NCBI GenBank assembly: GCA_016218575.1
Contig: JACRDN010000019.1
Coordinates: forward strand, 332,302 to 396,301
DNA length: 64,000 nucleotides
Reading direction: 5' to 3'
DNA from: Elusimicrobiota bacterium
Lineage (GTDB): Bacteria > Elusimicrobiota > Elusimicrobia > UBA1565 > UBA9628
Shown: positions 57,531 through 64,000 of the stretch, piece after piece
Layout of the letters: each line of letters starts with the position of its first letter
Position numbering within the stretch: the first letter of the stretch is position 1
Notes under the pieces: model-generated
What the model saw: only the letters and a program-made list of their open reading frames with translations
The model's database searches: none
What the model was told of the DNA's origin: nothing
Translations under genes and position numbers: made by a program

Positions 57531-59029
57531 TGGGGCTAGCGGGGATCGTTCTTGCCCTGTTCGGGTTGTGCCTGGCTCTGTTCCATCCGGTCCTGGGCTT
57601 CGGCTTCGTCAATTTCGACGATGGGCTCTATGTCGCCCAGAATCCTTTCACCGCGTCCGGGCTCACGTTTTCCGGGCTACGTTGGGCGTTCACCCGCTTC
57701 CACGGCGGCAATTGGTACCCCCTGACTCTTCTCTCCCACATGTGGGACGTCCAGATCTACGGGCTCAATCCCGCCGGGCATCACTTGAGCAATATCCTCC
57801 TCCATGCCGCCAATGTCCTCATCCTCTTCGCGGTCTTGCGCCGCTTGAGCGGCGATTGCTGGCGAGCCGCCTTGGCGGCCGCGATCTTTGCCGTCCATCC
57901 CCTGCAGGTCGAGACCGTGGCCTGGGTTTCCCAAAGAAAGACTTTGCTCAGCTTCTTCTTCTGCCTGAATGGAGTGTGGGCATACTCCCGGTGGGCGCAA
58001 ACCCGGACCAAGGGGTTTTTCGCGGCCCTGCTCGCGGTCTTCGCCGCGGCCCTCATGTCCAAGGCCACTGCCGTGACCTTGCCCGTATTCCTTCTGATCT
58101 TGGATTTTTGGCCCTTGCGCCGTCCCGAACCGTTGAGTCGCCTCATTCTGGAAAAAACCTGGCTCTGGCTTATGTCCTTGGCGGCCGGGTTTGCGGCCTT
58201 GGCGGGAGCCGCGGGCGTTTCATGGCAAGCTTTGCCCCCGGCGGCCCGTCTCGGCCACGCGGCGCTCTCGTACGCGGCGTATTTTCGGGAATTTTTCTGG
58301 CCCGCGGGGCTCTGCGTCTACTACCCGTATCCCGCCTCTCTGGACCTGAGCCGTGCCTTGGCCGCGGCCCTGGCGGGCCTGGCTCTCGGTTCCGGAGCCT
58401 GGCGGAGCCGCGAGCGCCGGCCCTGGCTCTGGGCCGGCTGGCTGTGGTTTCTTGCGGCCTTGCTGCCGATGATCGGTCTTTCCCAGGTGGGAGGCCAAGC
58501 CAGGGCCGACCATTACATGTACCCGGCCTTGCCCGGCTTGGCCGCGGCTCTGGCCTTTTCGCTGCCCCTCTCGAGGCTCGCCCTGATCCCGGCCGCGGCC
58601 ATGGTGATCGGGTGTTCGGCCGCTTCCTCGGCGCAGCTCCGGCATTGGAGAGACAGCGTCTCTTTGTTCGAGCGGGCGCTCTCGGTGGACGAAGGTGATT
58701 TCCTGGCGCACAACAACTTGGGATTTGCCCTGCTGCAAGGCGGCAAGACCAGGCAAGCTCGAATTCATTTCGAGCGCGCCCTCGAGCTCTTGCCGACCTA
58801 CGCGGACGCCCGCACCAACCTGGGCATCTGCCTGGCTCTAGAGGGCGACGCGGCCCGGGCTCGCCGTGAGTTCGAGGCCGTCCTGCGCGCCGAGCCGCGT
58901 TCCCCGGGGGCCCGCCTCAACCTCGAGATGCTGGGAAAGCTCGAGAAGCTAGGCAAGTCACAAGGCCTCGACCGCCACCGCCACCCCGAGGCCCCCTCCG
59001 ACGCAGATCGAGGCTACGCCTCTCCGTAA
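57530..59029 (+). CDS. TMTC-like GT-C glycosyltransferase (DUF1736) with C-terminal TPR repeats
   Basis: The polytopic N-terminal half has HHLSNILLHAANVLILFAVL and HPLQVETVAWVSQRK, characteristic of the TMTC/DUF1736 family. The C-terminus has TPR repeats (HNNLGFALLQGGKTRQARIHFERALELLPTYADARTNLGICLALEGD). The ATG at 57530 overlaps the upstream TGA (TGATG). Confidence 0.7.
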   Translation: MGLAGIVLALFGLCLALFHPVLGFGFVNFDDGLYVAQNPFTASGLTFSGLRWAFTRFHGGNWYPLTLLSHMWDVQIYGLNPAGHHLSNILLHAANVLILFAVLRRLSGDCWRAALAAAIFAVHPLQVETVAWVSQRKTLLSFFFCLNGVWAYSRWAQTRTKGFFAALLAVFAAALMSKATAVTLPVFLLILDFWPLRRPEPLSRLILEKTWLWLMSLAAGFAALAGAAGVSWQALPPAARLGHAALSYAAYFREFFWPAGLCVYYPYPASLDLSRALAAALAGLALGSGAWRSRERRPWLWAGWLWFLAALLPMIGLSQVGGQARADHYMYPALPGLAAALAFSLPLSRLALIPAAAMVIGCSAASSAQLRHWRDSVSLFERALSVDEGDFLAHNNLGFALLQGGKTRQARIHFERALELLPTYADARTNLGICLALEGDAARARREFEAVLRAEPRSPGARLNLEMLGKLEKLGKSQGLDRHRHPEAPSDADRGYASP

Positions 59030-60088
59030 GCGGCGGCGCTTGAGTTCCTTGAGCAACGTCAGTACGAGCCGCAGGCCCGTCCCGGCGAAAGGATGCCCCA
59101 GGGCCAAGGCCCCGCCGTTCACGTTGACTTTTTCCTCTGGAATTCCCAGCTCGCGGATGTCTATGAGGGTTTGGGCCGCGAAGGTCTCGTTGATCTCGTA
59201 GAGGTCTATTTTCTCGGGCGAGAGCTTGAGCTCGCTCAAGAGGCGGCGCACGGCGGGCACCGAGGCCTCTGCCATTCTCTCTGGAGGCACCCCTGTCACC
59301 TCTCCTCCCAGATAGCGGCCCAGGGGAGGCTCTTGGAAGCCCTCGGCCTCTTTCTCTCCGGCCAGAAGCAGGGCCGAGCCGCCGTCCACGATGGCGTGGG
59401 TGTTGGCGCGCGTGATCGAACCGTTCTCGAAGAGGGGTTCGGCCCGGGCGAAAAAGTCCGGCCGCGGGTCGGCCAGGACGGAGTCGTCCTCTCGCACGCC
59501 TTCGATAGGGACGATTTCCTCCTTGAAGATCCCCCGCCCCTGGGCCGCGCGAGCGCGGGCATGGCTGATGAGAGCCCAGCGGTCCTGCTCTGCCCGCGAG
59601 ATGCCGAGCTCTTGGGCCAAGGCATGGGCGGTCTCTGCGATGTGCCTGCCGCAGGAAATGTCCTTGAAGGACGGCACGAAAATGTCGCGCCGCAGAAGGC
59701 TTGGGCAGTCCGCTCCCGCTGCCGCGACCACGCCCGCGCGCCCCAGCTCGATCTCCGATGCCGCCGTGATGAGGGCTTGCAGTCCGGTGCCGCAGGCCAG
59801 CCCCACCGAGAGGCAGGGCGTTTGAGGCGGAATGTGGGCTCGGTGCGCGAGATAGCGCGCCCCGTAGCAGGCGTGCGGCCCCGCCTGGTACATGTTGCCG
59901 AAGACGACTTTATCGACCTTTTCGGAAATCACCCGGGCATGGGCCAAGGCGGCCTCTAGGGCCTCGGCTCCCAGGTCGAAGGGGTTGAAGCGGCTCAAGG
60001 CCCCGCCCTTTTGCCCGGCCCCGCCCAGGCCGTGGGACCAGGCGGCCAAGGGAGTGCGCGCTCCGGAAAGGATGAAAATCCGGCTCAT
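58958..60088 (-). CDS. Thiolase-family acetyl-CoA C-acyltransferase
   Basis: IFILSGARTPLAA, an active-site-region LSVGLACGTGLQAL, a C-terminal NVNGGALALGHPFAGTGLRL, and ICVGGGLGVAVAVE. Confidence 0.75.
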   Translation of the reverse strand: MSRIFILSGARTPLAAWSHGLGGAGQKGGALSRFNPFDLGAEALEAALAHARVISEKVDKVVFGNMYQAGPHACYGARYLAHRAHIPPQTPCLSVGLACGTGLQALITAASEIELGRAGVVAAAGADCPSLLRRDIFVPSFKDISCGRHIAETAHALAQELGISRAEQDRWALISHARARAAQGRGIFKEEIVPIEGVREDDSVLADPRPDFFARAEPLFENGSITRANTHAIVDGGSALLLAGEKEAEGFQEPPLGRYLGGEVTGVPPERMAEASVPAVRRLLSELKLSPEKIDLYEINETFAAQTLIDIRELGIPEEKVNVNGGALALGHPFAGTGLRLVLTLLKELKRRRLRRGVASICVGGGLGVAVAVEAL

Positions 60089-60888
60089 GAGGCCTCCGCG
60101 GCGCGCGCGGTGCGGCGCAGAAGGCGCAGCATCTCCTCGTGAACCAGGCCGTTGGTGGCCAAGGTTTGCCGGCCGAAGTTATCGGGCTGGCGCCACTCTT
60201 GGCCTGAGAAATCCGTGACGCGGCCCCCGGCTTCGCGCACGAGCAAAAGCCCGGCGCACACGTCCCAGGGGCTCAAGTTGAATTCCCAGAACCCGTCGGC
60301 TCGACCGGCCGCGATCCATGCCATGTCCAGCGCCGCCGAGCCGCTGCGGCGCACGTCGTGACAGCGCACCATGAAGGAGCGGTAGAACTCGATGTAGAAT
60401 TTGGAATGCTTGGCCCGGTCGTAGGGAAATCCGGTGACGAGCAAGGACTCCTTGAGCGATTTGGCGGCGGAGACGCGCAGAGGTTTGCCGTTGAGCGCGG
60501 CCCCGACCCCGCGCTCTGCCGTGAAGCATTCCCGCCGGAAAGGATCGTAGACTCCGCCCAGGACGGGCTCTCCGAGCCGGAGCAGCCCGATGGAGACGCA
60601 GGCCGCGGGATAGCCGTGCGCGTAATTTGTGGTTCCGTCCAGAGGATCGATGATCCAAAGGAAATCGGAGCCGCTCGAGCGTCGTTTTTTCTCCTCTGCG
60701 ATGAAGTCATGGCGGGGGACGCGCCTTCGCAGAACCGAAAGGATGGCGCGCTGGCTCTCCAGGTCCGCCTGGGTCACCAGGTTGGCCCGGCCCTTGTAGC
60801 GCACGGAGACCTTGCCGAAGCGGCGGCGCAGGACCTCTCCGGATTTTTCCAGGGCTTCTAGAAGGATCTTGCGAAGGCTGGGATTCAT
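60085..60888 (-). CDS. suhB: Inositol monophosphatase family protein
   Basis: WIIDPLDGTTNYAHG (the IMPase DPxDGT motif) and AALDMAWIAAGRADGFWE. The start is at MNPSLRK (ATG at 60888), an ATGA overlap with the hemD stop. Confidence 0.8.
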   Translation of the reverse strand: MNPSLRKILLEALEKSGEVLRRRFGKVSVRYKGRANLVTQADLESQRAILSVLRRRVPRHDFIAEEKKRRSSGSDFLWIIDPLDGTTNYAHGYPAACVSIGLLRLGEPVLGGVYDPFRRECFTAERGVGAALNGKPLRVSAAKSLKESLLVTGFPYDRAKHSKFYIEFYRSFMVRCHDVRRSGSAALDMAWIAAGRADGFWEFNLSPWDVCAGLLLVREAGGRVTDFSGQEWRQPDNFGRQTLATNGLVHEEMLRLLRRTARAAEAS

Positions 60889-61664
60889 GGTCTCTTCTCC
60901 AGGTAAAAATCCCGTAAGGCCCTCACCAGGGCGCGGGCGGAGGCTTGCGAGGATTCGACGCCCGCGCGGATTCCTCGGACCGCGAGGGCCGCGGAGGTGG
61001 CGGGGCCGATTGACACGGCGACCGCGGCCTTGAAAATCCGCCGGCAAGCCCCGGGCCCCAAGCGCGAGGCGAATTGCTCCACCGCCGAGGGCGAGGCGAA
61101 GATCACCGCGTCGACGGCCCGCCGCGAGAGCTCATTTTCCAAGCGTTCGAGGCCTTGAGCATCGGGCAAGGTCCGGTAAGCCTCGACCAGAGAGACCTCG
61201 GCTCCCCGCCTCCGAAGCTCTCTCGGGAGGATTTCCCGCCCTCTTTGGGCCCTGGGCAGGAGAATCCTCAAGCCCTTGACTTCTCCCATGGACGCCAGGA
61301 GGCCTCCGGCGTGTTGGGCCGAGGCAACCTTGGCTTTTCGCCAGCCATGCCGCGCCAGGCGCGACGCGGTGGCGGGGCCGACGGCCCACAAGAATCTCGG
61401 CTGCGGCGGGTTTTTGATTTTGAGCGCTCGGCAGCGCGCGAAAAACCGGTCCACGGCGTTGGCGCTCGTGAAAACCGCGGCGTCGTAGCCAACGAGATCG
61501 CGCAAGGCGCGATCCAGCCCGGAGTAGGACGATGGAGGGGCTATACGGATGAGGGATGTCAAGACCACTCTGGCGCCTTCAAGGCGCAGTTCCCGCTCCA
61601 GCGCGCGGGCCTGAAGTCTCGGCCTTGTCACGATGACGGTTTTCCCTTTCAAAGACCCCTTCAT
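60885..61664 (-). CDS. hemD: Uroporphyrinogen-III synthase
   Basis: GKTVIVTRP...DAAVFTSANAV...LWAVGPATA...DAVIFASPSAV is a two-lobed HemD-like pattern. Confidence 0.7.
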   Translation of the reverse strand: MKGSLKGKTVIVTRPRLQARALERELRLEGARVVLTSLIRIAPPSSYSGLDRALRDLVGYDAAVFTSANAVDRFFARCRALKIKNPPQPRFLWAVGPATASRLARHGWRKAKVASAQHAGGLLASMGEVKGLRILLPRAQRGREILPRELRRRGAEVSLVEAYRTLPDAQGLERLENELSRRAVDAVIFASPSAVEQFASRLGPGACRRIFKAAVAVSIGPATSAALAVRGIRAGVESSQASARALVRALRDFYLEKRP

Positions 61665-61734
61665 GGGCTCATTTTACTAAAAGGCCTCCGCGTTTGACAG
61701 CCGCCGAGGGCTTATGCGAAAATGACTGGCGACC

Positions 61735-62268
61735 ATGTCGATTTGGTTCGGAAAAAAATCCAGCGCCGCGCCCTCTTCCACGCCCCCTAAGCCCGGGCGC
61801 GGCAAGGCGCCGAGCATTTCACAGCTTTTGAGCGAGGAGACGGTGCTGTTTGCCCAACCCGAGCAGGACAAGAATTCCCTGCTGGAATCCATGGTGAATC
61901 TTCTCTGCGACAAGAAGGGCTTGCCGGACCGCCAGGCCCTGCTGCACAAGGTCATGGAGCGCGAGCAGGGAATCAGCACGACGTTGGACACGGGCTTGAG
62001 CCTCCCCCACGCCCGCGTGGACGGGCTCAAACAGATCGCGGCCGCCATCGCGATCTCGCCTAGGGGAATTGCCGATCCCAAGCAGGCGGATCTGCTCATT
62101 CGGGTGATGTTCCTGTTCTTCTCCCCCAACCATCAGGAGGCTTTCCCCATTCATTTGCAGCTCTTGCGCGGGGTTTCCTCCCTTTTCCAGACCGCTTTCA
62201 TCGCGGAGCTCTCGCGGGCCTCCTCTTCGTCCCAGGTCCTCGAGCTCATTCGCCGCCAGGAAGGATAA
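61735..62268 (+). CDS. PTS EIIA (fructose/nitrogen-regulatory PtsN-type) domain protein
   Basis: It has a PTS_EIIA_2 fold pattern, and GISTTLDTGLSLPHARV contains the phospho-acceptor His motif. Confidence 0.65.
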   Translation: MSIWFGKKSSAAPSSTPPKPGRGKAPSISQLLSEETVLFAQPEQDKNSLLESMVNLLCDKKGLPDRQALLHKVMEREQGISTTLDTGLSLPHARVDGLKQIAAAIAISPRGIADPKQADLLIRVMFLFFSPNHQEAFPIHLQLLRGVSSLFQTAFIAELSRASSSSQVLELIRRQEG

Positions 62269-62287
62269 GGGCTCGCCGCGTCGCCCC

Positions 62288-62800
62288 ATGCCCATCCTAA
62301 GGATTTGCAAGCATGGGGAAACCGTCCTGAAAAAGACCTGCCAGCCGGTGGATTACGAGGCTCTCAAGCCGGAGCTTCCCGCCATCCTCAAGCAAATGTG
62401 GGCCACGATGTACGCGGCCAACGGAGTCGGCCTGGCCGCCCCCCAGGTGGGCTTGGATCTGAGGCTTTCCATCATCGATGTCAGGCCCGGAGGCAAGCAC
62501 CAGCGCTTGGTGCTCATCAATCCGGAGATACTCTCGAGCCGAGGCCAAATTCTAGAGGAGGAGGGCTGCCTCTCCGTGCCCGGGGTGTACGCCAAGCTTC
62601 AGCGCGCCTCGGCGGTGCGAGTGCGGGCTCTCGACGCCCGGGGACTCCCCTGCGAAATGGCTGGCGAGGGTCTGTTGGCCAGGGCCTTTCAGCACGAGAT
62701 AGACCACTTGGACGGCAAGCTCTTCATCGACAGGCTCGACTTCGTCCATAAGCTCAAGGTCATGTCGATTATCAAAGATCTCAAGAAGAACTGGAGCTGA
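62288..62800 (+). CDS. def: Peptide deformylase
   Basis: GVGLAAPQVG, EGCLSVPG and QHEIDHLDG are the three canonical PDF motifs. Confidence 0.9.
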   Translation: MPILRICKHGETVLKKTCQPVDYEALKPELPAILKQMWATMYAANGVGLAAPQVGLDLRLSIIDVRPGGKHQRLVLINPEILSSRGQILEEEGCLSVPGVYAKLQRASAVRVRALDARGLPCEMAGEGLLARAFQHEIDHLDGKLFIDRLDFVHKLKVMSIIKDLKKNWS

Positions 62801-62825
62801 TCTTCTTCGCGGCCTCACCGATTTT

Positions 62826-63776
62826 ATGAAGGTTTTGTTCTATGGCACCCCGCAGACGGCGGTGCCCTACCTCGAGCTCCTGGCCCGCAGGGAAACGGTC
62901 TTGGCCGCGGTCACCCAGCCCGATAAGCCGGCTGGGCGTTCCTTGAAGACGGCGCCGACGCCGGTCAAGGCCAAGGCCCTTGAGCTGGGCCTGCCAGTTC
63001 TTGCCCCCGCCAGCTCCTCCGAGCTGTGGGACCTCGCCAAGGAGCTCAAGCCGGACCTCGGCGTGGCCGTGGCTTACGGCAGGATGCTCAAGCCCCAGGT
63101 CCTGGCCCTGCCGCGGCTCGGCACCTTGAACGTGCATTTTTCCCTGCTTCCCAGGCACCGCGGCGCGGCTCCGGTGCAGTGGTCCTTGGTCCGCGGGGAG
63201 TCGCGGACGGGCGTGACCTTGTTTTGGCTCGACGAGGGCCTCGACACCGGCCCGATTTTTCTCAAGCGCGAGCTGGAGATCGGCCCGGACGAGGACGCGG
63301 CTTCGCTCATGGAGCGTTTGAAAGCCCTGGGGCTCGATGCTCTCGAGGAGGGATTGGCCGAGCTCGCGGCGGGCAGGATCCGCCGCGAGCCACAGTCAGG
63401 TCCCGCGAGCCTGGCTCCCCTCATTGACAGGGAGGACGCCCGCATCGTCTGGGGCCTGGAGGCCAGGGAAATCCACAATCTCGTGCGGGGAATGCGCCTT
63501 TGGCCTCGGGCCTACCTGGATCTGGAGCGTCCCTCCGGCGGTCTCAGGATTTTGGTCCTGAAGACGGTCCTTTCCCAGGAGCGCGGCTCCCGGGCTCCCG
63601 GCACCATTCTTCGCGTTGAACCCGGGAAGGGTTTTTTGATACAATGCAATGGTAGCAGCTGCCTGTGGTTTCTCACAGTTCAGCCTGAGGGAAAAAAGCC
63701 GATAAGCGCCGCGGATTTTCTTAACGGCCTCCGCTTGGGGGCGGGTGATTTTTTGCCTATTAAGGCGGGAGCTTGA
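62826..63776 (+). CDS. fmt: Methionyl-tRNA formyltransferase
   Basis: MKVLFYGTP...LNVHFSLLPRHRGAAPVQWSL (formyltransferase core, SLLP motif) plus a C-terminal Fmt-specific domain. It lies immediately downstream of def. Confidence 0.9.
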   Translation: MKVLFYGTPQTAVPYLELLARRETVLAAVTQPDKPAGRSLKTAPTPVKAKALELGLPVLAPASSSELWDLAKELKPDLGVAVAYGRMLKPQVLALPRLGTLNVHFSLLPRHRGAAPVQWSLVRGESRTGVTLFWLDEGLDTGPIFLKRELEIGPDEDAASLMERLKALGLDALEEGLAELAAGRIRREPQSGPASLAPLIDREDARIVWGLEAREIHNLVRGMRLWPRAYLDLERPSGGLRILVLKTVLSQERGSRAPGTILRVEPGKGFLIQCNGSSCLWFLTVQPEGKKPISAADFLNGLRLGAGDFLPIKAGA

Positions 63777-63777
63777 A

Positions 63778-64000
63778 TGATTCGGGCCTGGGAGGCATGC
63801 GTCGCTTTTTTCGTGGCCGCGGCGGCGGCTTATTATTTATTCCAATGGGGGCTGGCAGGAGTGATCCATAGCCGCAAGATTCAGACGGTGCCCGATCTGA
63901 AGGGGAAGTCCCTGGCCGCGGCCTTGGACATGGTTTCCCCCCTCAACATGGGCTTGCGTAAGGACGCGGTCGAGTTCGACAGCCGCGTTCCCATCTCCTC
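63778..64000 (+). CDS. 3'-truncated ORF; membrane anchor then a PASTA-like segment (uncertain)
   Basis: ATG at 63778: MIRAWEACVAFFVAAAAAYYLFQWG...VPDLKGKSLAAALDMV. It runs off the window. Confidence 0.3.

Noticed and set aside
1-64000. CRISPR arrays, rRNA genes, integrases, transposases or reverse transcriptases
   Set aside because: I found no short direct-repeat arrays with spacers. I found no 16S/23S-like segments. No ORF carries integrase (R..H..R..Y) or DDE/RT motifs, so the tRNA-adjacent patch has no recognisable recombinase.

Overview
This is a 64-kb, high-GC (about 65%) bacterial chromosome segment with dense coding. It looks diderm: it carries kdsC, FadL/PorV-like outer-membrane barrels and OM-directed cargo. 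I could support about 55 protein genes, one tRNA-Gly(CCC), one intrinsic terminator, one sigma70-like promoter and one striking AT-rich perfect inverted repeat. I saw no rRNA, CRISPR array, integrase or transposase.

The main blocks are:
- 1-7252: a fused two-NBD ABC exporter (5' partial), an MFS transporter, and a secreted HExxH zinc metalloprotease.
- 8034-18299, minus strand: a five-gene operon with 4-bp ATGA overlaps. It encodes a 1894-aa Kelch/Fn3 giant surface protein with a T9SS-type C-terminal sorting domain, a FadL/PorV-like OM barrel, a Pro-rich coiled-coil protein, a Zn-dependent dehydrogenase and an ArnT-like GT-C glycosyltransferase.
- 18367-26282, minus strand: SpoIID/LytB, a lipoprotein, a GlcNAc-kinase-like gene, rpiB, a fused transaldolase/PGI, kdsC and a CBM48-like membrane protein.
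- 26332-30372: an AbiEi/AbiEii toxin-antitoxin pair next to tRNA-Gly, a Cys/His-rich secreted protein, and a 45%-GC lipoprotein ORFan. This is a likely small acquired island.
- 30421-47859, minus strand: folE, pepA, aqpZ, cca, fadD-like, and a composite peptide-uptake locus (Opp ABC D/F/B/C, two tandem SBPs and an OPT-family transporter).
- 47883-61664: an Lrp RAM-domain mini-protein, DUF4015-like and DUF192 genes, an orphan response regulator, an acyl-CoA carboxyltransferase, thiolase, suhB and hemD.
- 61735-64000: a PtsN-like EIIA, def, fmt, then a partial ORF.

The most interesting candidate for an undescribed system is a module that occurs twice: a Pro/Ala-rich coiled-coil protein, a FadL/PorV-like barrel and a GT-C glycosyltransferase. 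In one copy it is coupled to the giant CTD-bearing cargo. Many long all-frame ORFs antisense to real genes are GC-driven artefacts and were rejected.
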